Below, piece by piece: positions 41,806-50,983 of a DNA stretch of 64,000 nucleotides. How positions within the stretch are numbered: the first letter of the stretch is position 1; each line of letters opens with the position of its first letter. The notes below the pieces were generated by a model. The model did not search any database. It saw only the letters and a list, made by a program, of their open reading frames with translations, and was not told the origin of the DNA. A program made the translations under genes and the position numbers. This DNA is from an uncultured Acidobacteriaceae bacterium (GTDB lineage: Bacteria > Acidobacteriota > Terriglobia > Terriglobales > Acidobacteriaceae): positions 17,379 through 81,378 of the forward strand of contig CAWDPB010000095.1 of NCBI GenBank assembly GCA_963804075.1, written 5' to 3'.

Positions 41806-41847
41806 CAAAGGCGAGAGGCGAGAGGCGAAAGCCCAGAGCCGAAATTC
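41806..41847. repeat. Solo heptanucleotide array (GARAGNC type) abutting the mqnD-like start codon
   Basis: CAAAGGC GAGAGGC GAGAGGC GAAAGCC CAGAGCC GAAATTC, then AAATT and ATG 41853. Confidence 0.6.
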
Positions 41848-41852
41848 AAATT

Positions 41853-42847
41853 ATGACTACTGTTTCTTCTCCCGTTCGTGAAATTACCGTGGCCCACAGC
41901 CCGGATTCCGATGACGCCTTCATGTTTTACGGCCTGGCTACAAATAAGGTGCGCGTGCCCGGTCTTCGTTTCACGCACAAACTGTGCGAGATCGAAACCT
42001 TCAACCGGGATGCGCAGCGCGGCGTTTACGACGTGACGGCGATTTCGTTTCACGCCTATCCCTACATTCAGGAGAACTACGCGCTGATGTCGTGCGGCGG
42101 CAGCGTGGGCGAGGGCTACGGCCCCATGCTGGTTTCCGCTCGCCCTTTCACGCAGGAGAAATCAAGCAAAAGAGGATCGCGGTGCCGGGCAAGCTGACCA
42201 CGGCCTATCTGGCGCTCGAGTTGTTTGCGCCGGGCATCGAAGTCGAAGTCGTGCCCTTCGATCAGATCATTCCCCAGATTCTCGAGGGGAAATATGAAGC
42301 GGGCCTCATCATCCATGAAAGCCAGCTCACGTATGACAAGTCGGGCTTGCATCGCGTTGTCGACCTCGGAAAGTGGTGGCAGAAAATCACCGGCTTGCCT
42401 TTGCCGCTCGGGGGCAATGCAATCCGCCGCTCGCTTGGACCCGAAACCATGGCGAGCGTTACCCAGGCTCTGCATGACAGCATTCAGTACGCCATCGATC
42501 ATCGGGATGAGGCCCTCGCTTACGCCATGCAGTTCGCCCGCGATCTCGATACGCAACTCGCCGATAAATTTGTCGGCATGTACGTCAACGAGCGCACACT
42601 CGACTACGGCGAGGACGGCAGAGAAGCCGTCCGGCGTTTGCTCGATATGGGGCACAAGGCCGGTATCATTCCCCAGGAACGCAGGTTGAATCGATATCGT
42701 CGCCTGCTGCAAAACTCGAGGGATATTCGTGCCAAATGGACAACTATCTCAGCCGCCAACGTGGAGAAATCTCTTAATGTTCGCGCCACCGTGAAAGAGC
42801 GGCCCTTTAAGGGCCGCGCAGGTCGAGTGGAACGAGTCGAGCTTTAG
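41853..42847 (+). CDS. mqnD: MqnD-like futalosine-pathway protein (1,4-dihydroxy-6-naphthoate synthase family), at least one frame disruption; 3' end uncertain
   Basis: [16 protein letters not shown] matches the MqnD SPxxxDxFxFYxL signature. ORFs 41853..42197 and 41984..42847 join near 42150. The last ~150 nt run into REP-like hairpins (GCGGCCC TTTAA GGGCCGC at 42799-42817), so the real stop may be earlier. Confidence 0.7.
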
Positions 42848-42931
42848 CCCCGGTGCTCACTCGCCAGGTCGCCTTGCTCGGGCGAGACCATTTACTCCAG
42901 GGCATTCCCATAAGTCGGCACCCCTGCTGCA

Positions 42932-43870
42932 CTAAGTAGAGAAGCATCTGCCCCCGGGATGACCACTCACTCTGCGGATACTGTGCGAATTAACTGCTGA
43001 GTCCGATGCGATGGCCTCGTCTTTGGACTTCTCGGATTTCTTCGACTGGTCCTCTGTCTTGTAAATTTCGATCAGTGCGGCCCGGCGAAATGCCGCGTCG
43101 TACAAGGCTTCCGGCGCGGATGGCGATTGCGGGTGATCTTTGGCATATTTCTCATATAAGTCGGCTTCTTTGTCCGGGCACTTCGACGATCCCTGCCACT
43201 CTCCGCATAGCTTGTTGTCGATGAGATGAAAGGCAGCTAAGTCGGCCCATTTCGTTCCCCCAAACTTCTTCATGACTAACTTCATCTGATCTTCATTGAT
43301 GCCCTGGCGATAATAGCATTCCTTTTCATGAGCTGATGGGCGGGATTGCATATCGGCCTTGTCGACTTGCCATTTGATGTCGGCGGCGCGGTAAAGAGCC
43401 TCCCGGCCAGCGGAGACGCAGGGAAGATGTCGTAAACCCTGTAGTAGAGGCGAAGTGCATCCTGGGCCGCGCCACGGCGTCCATGACCGGCGGCTGGCTT
43501 CATCTTCGGAGTCGGCCGCGGCGCCAAATAGAATGCGGTCGCCATTGGGTGTTGAGGGCCAAACGGCGCCGGCATCGAGAATCCAGCCTGTCACGGTCTT
43601 GCGTTCGGCGTCCTCGTCTTCCGCGAACTCGGCATCCGGCAAATGAACGAAGCCCAGAATGGCTTCCACGTGAACCCAGTTGCGGCTCCTGTCGAGAAGA
43701 ACCATTTCGCGGCCGCGCTCCGCTTGCGCAAGCTTGGCGGAAGACGAGTCGGGCGAGAGATAGACGATAGCTTCGCGGATGATCGTGCCATGGTCGGCAG
43801 CCACTGCCGGCGCGCCGCCAGCGAACGATAGAAATGCTCCGAGAAGAAGCGCAGGAAAAAAGGTCTTCAC
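42932..43870 (-). CDS. Secreted hypothetical protein with SH3b-like N-terminal domain, about two frame disruptions
   Basis: GGAGA plus GTG 43870 gives the signal peptide KTFFPALLLGAFLSFAGGAPAVAA. The middle part is readable only by switching to ORF 43282..43575 (RRGAAQDALRLYYRVYDIFPASPLAG). Confidence 0.5.
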   Translation of the reverse strand: MKTFFPALLLGAFLSFAGGAPAVAADHGTIIREAIVYLSPDSSSAKLAQAERGREMVLLDRSRNWVHVEAILGFVHLPDAEFAEDEDAERKTVTGWILDAGAVWPSTPNGDRILFGAAADSEDEASRRSWTPWRGPGCTSPLLQGLRHLPCVSAGREALYRAADIKWQVDKADMQSRPSAHEKECYYRQGINEDQMKLVMKKFGGTKWADLAAFHLIDNKLCGEWQGSSKCPDKEADLYEKYAKDHPQSPSAPEALYDAAFRRAALIEIYKTEDQSKKSEKSKDEAIASDSAVNSHSIRRVSGHPGGRCFST

Positions 43871-44114
43871 AATTACAATCTCCGGTGTCGAGAGTAGCAT
43901 GTGCGATTGGATGCGGGAAACGGGCTGCTGTAGTTGTATGCGGCAACGGTGTTTGTGGCGTACGCTTTAGTTGACTGCGGGGAACGGTCAGAAAGAGAAA
44001 TAAAGAGGGAAGGGTGCGAGGTACCACGAAGTCGCTAAAAACAGATCCGCGCTTTTAGCGCCTGCGGGCCGATTTGCGAGGGTGTAGTAAAAATCGAATC
44101 GCGCGAGGACCGAC

Positions 44115-44535
44115 TCAAAGTTCGCACTCAATGCGGGATGATTTGCGGGGCTTGGCCCGTGGCGTGCGCCTTGGAAAGGCCGACGGTGCCGCACTTTTGG
44201 TGCTCTTCGGCTGCCCTTTCAAATTCTTCTCGATTCGCAATTTCCACGCCGCGCGCAGCGCCCCGGTCAGCACGTCTTGGCTCGCTTCGGAAAGCCGTAT
44301 ATGTCATGCCCATCCGGCCCCATCCTCCGTGTACGGGAAGAAAAACCTCCGGCAGCTCTTCGACGAATGCGGTCTGCTGCTCGATCGTGAGCTGTGGATT
44401 CCCGTAACCCTGCCCTGCTGAGGCGAGTGTGGCGAAAATTCTCCCGCCGACGCGGAAGTCTGGGTTGCCCATGTGAGAGCTTTCTTCGGCGCCCTCGAAG
44501 CTCAATGCGATGCGCCGGAAATCGTCAACAGTCAT
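44115..44535 (-). CDS. MmcQ/YjbR-family protein, one frame disruption
   Basis: ATG 44535 gives MTVDDFRRIALSFEGAEESSHMGNPDFRVGGRIFATL...GGWGRMGMTY. The alternate frame then reads IRLSEASQDVLTGALRAAWKLRIEK... and stops at 44115-44117. Confidence 0.7.
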
Positions 44536-44746
44536 CGAACGTTTCTTCACCGACGTGCCCCACGATTTGCACACGATATCACACACCGTGAATCCCCCAA
44601 CTTTATTCGAGCGGGGACAGCACTTTGCCTGTCCAGGAATGCGAAACCGCCGTTGCGCGATGACCAAAGTCAGGGGGAGATCACTGAGCGCAGCCGCAAG
44701 GCTCTGGTATGGTCAACAGACGGCCACCGGATTCGGGGCCGAGACA

Positions 44747-47089
44747 ATGCTTCGCATTCGATCTTTAATCGCGCACGTCGTGGTTGTCGTTTTGGCGGCC
44801 ACACATCTGCCTGCCCAGGCAGGTCCTGTTTTGTACATGAATGTGGAAGGCGTAGTGCGGGATTCGTCCGGTGCGGTGATTGGCGGAGCGGCGGTTCACC
44901 TTGAAAGCGGTGCGTTTCGCGCCAGCGCGCAGACGGACACGCAGGGACAATTTGCCTTGGCAGACGTTCCGCGCAGGTCGGGAACGCTCAGCGTTACCGC
45001 GGAGGGATTCGTCGAGGTACTCCAGTCGTTTAGTGCAGACGAAAGTGGGAAGGCCGGTCTCACACGCAACGGCGTGGTTTCGATCCACGTAGAGATAACG
45101 CTGAAGGCTTCTGCGGCGAACGAGCAAGTGATGGTCTCCGCGGCGCGCATGGAGGTGCGGCTCTCCGACACGCCGGGCAGTAATGTTCTGCTTTCGACCA
45201 CAGATGTTGCGGCGTCTCCAGCCGTCCGTCTTGACGATGTGCTGCGCGAGGTGCCTGGATTCTCCCTCTTTCGCCGCTCCGATAGCCGCTCGGCAAATCC
45301 TGGTTCGCAAGGAGTCTCGCTGCGCGGACTCGGCGGAAGCGCGGCCAGCCGTGCGTTGGGCTTAGCCGATGGCATTTCTCTCGTCGATCCTTTCGGTGGC
45401 TGGGTCTACTGGGATCGTGTTCCGCGAACCGCGGTTTCAACCGTGGAGGTTGTACGCGGCGGCGCTTCGAACCTCTATGGCAGCGACGCCATGGCCGGAG
45501 TCGTGCAGCTCTTGATGCGCCAGCCGGAAGCGCCTGCTTTCTCGCTCGAAACTTCCTATGGCAACGAGCGCACGCCCGACCTTTCTTTGTGGACAGGCAA
45601 CCGCGTCGGCAAGTGGGACTACTCGACGACGTCGGAGATGTTCCGCACCGATGGATTCTTCCTCGTGCCGTTCGCTCTGCGCGGTCTCGTCGATAAACCC
45701 GCGAACGTTGAGAACGCGACGCTCTATGCGACGGTGGGACACGAACTCGGCGCGAACGGAAGAATCTTCGTACGCGGGAACTACTTCACGGAATTTCGCA
45801 ACAACGGAACGCTGATTCAGACCAACGACACGCAGATCGGCGAAGGCGCGGGCGGGATCAACAAACAGTTCGGCAATGATTCACTCTCGGTGCGCATCTA
45901 CGGAGACGCGGAAAGTTACGATCAGAAATATTCCTCCGTAACAAGCGTCGTCACCAATCGGGATACAGAGAGTCTGACCGACATTCAGCACGTTCCGGAG
46001 CAGGTAGTCGGCGGAGGAGCGCAGTGGACGCATCCTCTCGGCAAGAGTCAGACTCTGATCGGCGGCATGGATCTGAACGAGGTTATCGGAGCGAGCGAGG
46101 ACAATTTCTTCACCGGCAAGAACAAAGCTCAAGTCGGCGCGGGACGCCAGCGCGCGCTGGGATGGTTTGGCGAAGATATTTTTCATCACGCGAAATGGAC
46201 GGTCATTTTCGCGGCTCGCGTCGACGACTGGAGCAACTTCGCCGGCCAAACCTTCGTGACGCCGCTTTCCGGAACGCCCACGCTGACGCAGTATCCCAAT
46301 CGCAGCAGTCTCGCTTTTAATCCGCGGCTTTCGGTCCTGCGTTCGCTGAATGAACACGTATCGGTGACGGGATCGATCTACCGTGCGTTTCGCGCGCCCA
46401 CGCTGAACGAGTTGTATCGTCCATTTCGCGTGGGAGCGATCCTGACGCTCAACAATCCGCTGCTGACGGCGGAACGCCTGACTGGCGCCGAAGCCGGCGT
46501 CAACGTTACTGGATGGAACAAACGGCTCGATGTGCGCGGAACATTTTTCTGGAGCGACATTGTCGATCCGATTGAGAATGTCACTATTCAAACTTCGCCT
46601 TCCATCCTCGAACAAAAAGAAAATCTGGGCCGCACTCGCTCGCGGGGCGTCGAAATTGACGGGGAATTTCGTGTGTCCAACGATGTGCGGATCACTGCCG
46701 GCTACGCGTACACGGCGGCTACTGTGTTGAGTTATCCGGGAAATCCGGGAGGGGAAAATTTGGTGGGGCTTGATGTGCCGCAGGTGCCGCGCAATGTGTT
46801 CACGTGGGAAGCGCGCTACTGGCATCCGTCGCGTTTGTTCGCCAGCGTGCAGGGACGGTTCGTGGGACGCCAGTTCGATGATGACCTGAACACCTTGCCC
46901 CTGGCGGCTTTCTACACCATGAATCTGGAAGTGGGACGCGAGTTGAGGCGTCATTTCCAGATATTTGCCGCGACAGAAAATCTTACCGGCCAGCGCTACC
47001 AGGTGGCGCGCACTCCGATTGTGAACCTCGGTCCGCCCTTTCTTTTTCGCGCAGGGCTGCGAATAAACTTCCCAGCGGGGAGGCAATAG
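44747..47089 (+). CDS. TonB-dependent receptor with N-terminal carboxypeptidase-regulatory-like domain
   Basis: ATG 44747 and a signal peptide. CarbopepD_reg-like block (VEGVVRDSSGAVIGGAAVHLESG...TDTQGQFAL), plug (VLREVPGFSLFRR...GVSLRGLGGSAASR) and a long beta-barrel. Intact. Confidence 0.9.
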   Translation: MLRIRSLIAHVVVVVLAATHLPAQAGPVLYMNVEGVVRDSSGAVIGGAAVHLESGAFRASAQTDTQGQFALADVPRRSGTLSVTAEGFVEVLQSFSADESGKAGLTRNGVVSIHVEITLKASAANEQVMVSAARMEVRLSDTPGSNVLLSTTDVAASPAVRLDDVLREVPGFSLFRRSDSRSANPGSQGVSLRGLGGSAASRALGLADGISLVDPFGGWVYWDRVPRTAVSTVEVVRGGASNLYGSDAMAGVVQLLMRQPEAPAFSLETSYGNERTPDLSLWTGNRVGKWDYSTTSEMFRTDGFFLVPFALRGLVDKPANVENATLYATVGHELGANGRIFVRGNYFTEFRNNGTLIQTNDTQIGEGAGGINKQFGNDSLSVRIYGDAESYDQKYSSVTSVVTNRDTESLTDIQHVPEQVVGGGAQWTHPLGKSQTLIGGMDLNEVIGASEDNFFTGKNKAQVGAGRQRALGWFGEDIFHHAKWTVIFAARVDDWSNFAGQTFVTPLSGTPTLTQYPNRSSLAFNPRLSVLRSLNEHVSVTGSIYRAFRAPTLNELYRPFRVGAILTLNNPLLTAERLTGAEAGVNVTGWNKRLDVRGTFFWSDIVDPIENVTIQTSPSILEQKENLGRTRSRGVEIDGEFRVSNDVRITAGYAYTAATVLSYPGNPGGENLVGLDVPQVPRNVFTWEARYWHPSRLFASVQGRFVGRQFDDDLNTLPLAAFYTMNLEVGRELRRHFQIFAATENLTGQRYQVARTPIVNLGPPFLFRAGLRINFPAGRQ

Positions 47090-47542
47090 TTGTCCAAGGG
47101 ATGTGCCGGCACGGGGTAATTCGAGGGCAGTCTTTAGTGGCCAATGGGTAGTTCATATGTCGCCACAATGTCTACTTTAGTGGAGGGTACTAAGGTGGAC
47201 TTTTGAGGGGCTTTTCTGGGGTACGAAAGTAGACAAAGAGGCCCTAGATTTCTCTAGGTCTTGGAGAGCTTTCATGACATTCTATTCTATGGCAGATGGG
47301 AAGTAGGTCGTTTCCCAGGAATCCTTCCGAATTCTCCCACTTAGGCCAAAAGCGGGCTTGAATAGTCCACCCTTCCGCTGACCTTCGTTTTCTTCACCAG
47401 CTTTTTCCCCGACTTTTGGTTCCCCAACTTTTCCCGGTGTTCACCTTTGATTTTGACGTTCGTATCTTTCCCCTCGACATATATAGTGATATCACCATAG
47501 AACGACTGCGCGAAGCCGAACAGATGCCAGGGGGAGAAAGCC

Positions 47543-47866
47543 ATGAGTGACAAGAAACGAAACGGAAGCCGCAATTCCAACGTGTTCAAGGACATTGGCG
47601 TGCCGAACGCGGAAGAGCATTTCGTCAAGGCGCAGCTGGTATTCAAGATTGACGCCATCCTGAAAGCTCGCGGTCTGAAACAGGTGGAGGCCGCGGAGCT
47701 GCTTGGAATGCGCCAGCCCGATGTTTCCAAGATGCTGCGCGGCGAGTTCCGCCAGTTTTCTGTGGAACGCCTGCTCCGATTCCTCGTGGCGCTCGATCAG
47801 GATGTGGGGATCGTGGTAAAGCCGCACCGTAACAGAGATAACGCTCCGGCGTTGCAAGTTTTCTGA
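47543..47866 (+). CDS. XRE-family HTH protein (antitoxin-like)
   Basis: NVFKDIGVPNAEEHFVKAQLVFKIDAILKARGLKQVEAAELLGMRQPDVSKMLRGEFRQFSVERLLRFLVALDQDVGIVVKP is the typical antitoxin partner of RelE/ParE (Gp49-like) toxins. No intact toxin lies upstream. Confidence 0.8.
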   Translation: MSDKKRNGSRNSNVFKDIGVPNAEEHFVKAQLVFKIDAILKARGLKQVEAAELLGMRQPDVSKMLRGEFRQFSVERLLRFLVALDQDVGIVVKPHRNRDNAPALQVF

Positions 47867-47902
47867 GGATGGTTGCGCGACGATCTCCTGAGGTCTGCAG
47901 TT

Positions 47903-47943
47903 GGGAGGCCCACTTCTCGAAAAGCGCGAGAAGTGGGCCTCCC
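47903..47943. terminator. Perfect 17-bp REP-like hairpin (A-rich-loop family) between convergent genes
   Basis: GGGAGGCCCACTTCTCG (47903-47919), loop AAAAGCG, CGAGAAGTGGGCCTCCC (47927-47943). Confidence 0.6.
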
Positions 47944-48102
47944 CCAGTAGTTTCTCCCCGGCGATTCACAGCCTGATGGGGATACCCGGCGCAGATGTGG
48001 GCCACCCGCCCGACGCCATAGCAGGATTTCAGCTTCAGTTTACCCGAGCGAACTCAGGAAAACCAACCCGGGCGAAGGAAGTGTTGGGGAACATCCCGTC
48101 TG

Positions 48103-48924
48103 TCACGGAATTTTCGAATTCATAAATCCGCGCTTTTTCACATGTTCCTGTCCCCGAATTTCTCCGGACGATGCTCTTCGGGCCGCGTCTTCGGCGAGAG
48201 CATCGCAACGCTCGTTCTCGATTGTGCCCGCGTGACCCTTAACCCAAATCCATTCGACATCATGACGTGCGCTGGCCGCGTCGGGGCGCTGCCAGAGGTC
48301 CGCGTTGATGACCAAGCAAGCCTTATTCTCCCCTTTGGCCTTCCAGCCATTGCGCGTCCAATTGCGCCGCTTCCATTTATGGATCCATTTGGTGATTCCG
48401 TCTATGACATATCTACTGTCTGAGTGCAGCCTTACGTTGCACGGTTCCTTTAGGCTTTCCAATGCGGAGATCGCGGCCATGATCTCCATCCGGTTGTTGG
48501 TCGTGGCGGCGTCAGCGCCGACGATCTCGCAACGATGCTCACCATAGATCAGCACTGCCGCCCAGCCGCCTGGACCAGGATTGCCAACGCAGGCTCCGTC
48601 CGTATAGATAGATACGGTCTTGGCGTCGACCAATTTCTTGGGAACAGCAGGAATTTCCTCAGCCTTATTGGGAAGAGCAGTAACCTCAGCAGCGGTATCC
48701 AGGGGACAAAACAAAGGCGCTTGGGCGTTAGGGAAAGGATCGGTATCGAAGTAACGCTTTGCCGACTCAACCATAAAGAAAGCCTTGCACTTCGGACAAC
48801 GGAACCAATACAGAAAGTAGTACCCGCCAGGTTGGTGCTTCGGTGGAGACTTATGAGTCTCCTTCACAACGGGAGCCTCACAGTGCCTGCAAGGCTGGCC
48901 CTCTTGTAAAATCTTGGTCTTCAT
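48103..48924 (-). CDS. rnhA: Ribonuclease HI with N-terminal four-cysteine zinc-ribbon extension
   Basis: ATG 48924. The N-terminus is CRHCEAPV...RCPKCKAFF. The RNase H domain is [51 protein letters not shown] and [17 protein letters not shown]. Confidence 0.85.
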   Translation of the reverse strand: MKTKILQEGQPCRHCEAPVVKETHKSPPKHQPGGYYFLYWFRCPKCKAFFMVESAKRYFDTDPFPNAQAPLFCPLDTAAEVTALPNKAEEIPAVPKKLVDAKTVSIYTDGACVGNPGPGGWAAVLIYGEHRCEIVGADAATTNNRMEIMAAISALESLKEPCNVRLHSDSRYVIDGITKWIHKWKRRNWTRNGWKAKGENKACLVINADLWQRPDAASARHDVEWIWVKGHAGTIENERCDALAEDAARRASSGEIRGQEHVKKRGFMNSKIP

Positions 48925-49001
48925 GAGGTGTGTCAATTCTTCGGCGAACGGCCCGGTGCCCCAGGTTCGCGCCCCGGGTTTGGGCGCTAACCTGGGTATC
49001 A

Positions 49002-49286
49002 CTATTCGCCATACCGTTTAATCGAGATGCCCCGCGCGTGCTCGCGTGTTTTTGCCACATCGTAGGCGAGCTGCATTCGGAGAAGGTGATCCATCTCCGG
49101 GCCGAACGCCTTTTCGATGCGCAGGGCCATCTCCGGAGTCAGTGCGGCCTTGCCGTGCAGAAGATCGGAGAACGTGGCGCGGCGCACTTGCAAAATCTCC
49201 GCCGCCTTCGAGACGGTCAGGCCGAGGGCTTCGATCACTTCGGTTCTTATCAAATCGCCCGGATGCGGCGGCTTCTTCATTGGCAT
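49002..49286 (-). CDS. higA: HigA-family antitoxin (XRE HTH)
   Basis: [55 protein letters not shown]. Confidence 0.88.
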   Translation of the reverse strand: MPMKKPPHPGDLIRTEVIEALGLTVSKAAEILQVRRATFSDLLHGKAALTPEMALRIEKAFGPEMDHLLRMQLAYDVAKTREHARGISIKRYGE

Positions 49287-49310
49287 TTCGGTCTCCTGGT
49301 GGTAATCGAT

Positions 49311-49596
49311 CTAGTGGTAATCGACCAGGTCGATATCGCTGGCAGCGTTCGTGTGCTCGTCGTACCGGAAAATCAACCGCCAGTTTCCCTGACGGTCAAG
49401 CTCCACCATCCTGTAAGGTCGCCTTTGAGAGCGTGCAGCCTCCAGCCGGGAAACGGCCGAGTTGCTCTAGCGTCTCGGCGGTTTCGAGCGCGAACAGAAG
49501 CTTGCGCAGCTTGTCGGCCATTGCCGACGGCACCCCTTTGGCATTTCCCTCCTCATAGAGATGCCTTAGCCCTTTGTGACGAAAATGGGCGATCAT
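49311..49596 (-). CDS. higB: HigB-family (RelE-like) toxin, two frame disruptions
   Basis: MIAHFRHKGLRHLYEEGNAKGVPSAMADKLRKLLFALETAETLEQL. Other frames then give WRLHALKGDLTGWWSLTV and NWRLIFRYDEHTNAASDIDLVDYH, with the stop at 49311-49313. Confidence 0.8.
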
Positions 49597-49853
49597 AAGT
49601 GTTCCTCCAGATCATCCTACCGCGGCGAGCATTCAGCCCAAAGCTGGGTGGGTTCACTCAAGCCAAAAGACGGCTTGAATGGGGCACCGTCACATTCCCC
49701 GACGCGGCTGAAGTGCGATCCGTGCGGTCCGGATACAGCCACCATGGGCGCTGCCTGCGGTTGCGCACCACGCGCGTGATGCGGCTGAGAGAAACACTCA
49801 CTCTATTATGTACGGTCATACAGTACATGTCAAGTGGGGACAAGAAAGCTCTG

Positions 49854-50255
49854 TTACTTCAGCCAGTGAATTTTGATTTCCCTTTCGAGCGGCTTGAACT
49901 CCGGGTCGCCTGTGACGAGTTCAGCCCTCCTTTCCTTTGCCAGTGCGGCGGCGAAGGCGTCCGCCAAACTGAGTTTGAAACGCGCCTTGAAATCGGCGGC
50001 GAAGTTGGCCAGTGCGCGGGTCGTGGGGTGGAAATCGATGGGCAGGCCCGAAAGAACCTTCGCGGCCTCTGCCCACGCCTCAGCGCCGTCTTTCTTCACG
50101 ATGGAATACTTCACCTCGGCATAGTTCACATCGGACATGAGGAGCGGATTATCCTTCTTGCCAGCAGAGACGAGCAGATCTTCCATCATCTCCGCGCCCG
50201 GCTCGTCGCGGAAGTAGGCGATCAGCGCGAAGCTGTCGAGCACCTTAGCCGGCAT
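49854..50255 (-). CDS. vapC: PIN-domain toxin VapC
   Basis: ATG 50255 gives MPAKVLDSFALIAYFRDEPGAE...LSLADAFAAALAKERRAELVTGDPEF. It overlaps the upstream antitoxin gene by 11 nt. Confidence 0.85.
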   Translation of the reverse strand: MPAKVLDSFALIAYFRDEPGAEMMEDLLVSAGKKDNPLLMSDVNYAEVKYSIVKKDGAEAWAEAAKVLSGLPIDFHPTTRALANFAADFKARFKLSLADAFAAALAKERRAELVTGDPEFKPLEREIKIHWLK

Positions 50256-50520
50256 GGCGGTCCTCAAGTGCCCGTTCCTGCTTCTTGTGTTCGGCCCAGT
50301 CGTCCCTCAGCGGTTTGCCTCCCGGCGCGCGCTTGAGGATGCCGCGCCCGCGCTTGATAAGCGCCGCTGTCATCGGTTTAAGAAGGATTCCGTCCGGTGT
50401 GGCTTGGACCACGGCCTTTGTCCCGTTCTCGATGTCGAATTGCTTGCGCAAGCGAAGTGGGATGACGACCTGCCCCTTCGTCGTGAACCATACGGTTTCT
50501 GGCTTCTCAGTCATACTCAT
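50245..50520 (-). CDS. vapB: AbrB/SpoVT-type antitoxin VapB
   Basis: ATG 50520 gives MSMTEKPETVWFTTKGQVVIPLRLRKQFDIENGTKAVVQATPDGILLKP. Confidence 0.8.
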   Translation of the reverse strand: MSMTEKPETVWFTTKGQVVIPLRLRKQFDIENGTKAVVQATPDGILLKPMTAALIKRGRGILKRAPGGKPLRDDWAEHKKQERALEDRHAG

Positions 50521-50746
50521 ATGAATGAGTATGACATGGTTTATAAAGTCCGTCCATGTATTAGAAGTAGGATCGTTGCCTAGTAAGAGGAGTCTCGGCT
50601 GGCTGGCCAACGTTTGTGCTCGACGCCCCACCTGTTGGTCTTCAAACGATGGGATTCCACGTCACATTCCGCAGAGACAGTGGCTCGAATTGCCGCAAAG
50701 CACTAGGTCTTTGATTCTAGAAGACCGCACCAAGGGGGGCGACAAA

Positions 50747-50983
50747 GGAGTCTGTTACGAAAACAGGGTCGTCCCTACGGGACTTGGATCATTTTTCCCA
50801 CTTTACCCAGCGCCAAGGCGCTGGGCTAAGATGGCTCGCCCCTGCCGGGGCTGGGATTTGAAGATACTCTGCCACCGGCCTGACCGAAGAATACGTTTCG
50901 TAACGGAAGCCATCGCAGCCGGAGCCGTCGAGGAAATCTGCTGCCACCTGCCTGACCGAAGAATGAGTTTCGTAACAGACTCC
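50747..50983. repeat. Composite REP/MITE-like element bounded by a 16-nt terminal inverted repeat
   Basis: GGAGTCTGTTACGAAA (50747-50762) pairs with TTTCGTAACAGACTCC (50968-50983). Inside are the hairpin CCCAGCGCC AA GGCGCTGGG (50806-50825) and two 39-nt direct repeats (50869-50907 and 50941-50979, 35 of 39 identical). Confidence 0.6.

Noticed and set aside
44536-44746. Cobalamin or TPP riboswitch ahead of the TonB-dependent receptor.
   Set aside because: There is no B12 box (GCCACUG with the CCCGCAAC context) and no TPP CUGAGA...ACCUGAUCUGGAUAAUGCCAGCG pattern. Only loose resemblances were seen.
47341-47730. The full 129-aa track ORF on the minus strand.
   Set aside because: Its N-terminal 62 aa are the antisense of the well-supported XRE gene. 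Only the distal 67 codons are considered, and those only as a low-confidence finding.
50869-50979. CRISPR-like array (two 39-nt direct repeats with a 33-nt spacer).
   Set aside because: There are only two imperfect repeats. A third partial copy is inverted. No cas genes are present. The repeat ends are the TIRs of a MITE-like element.
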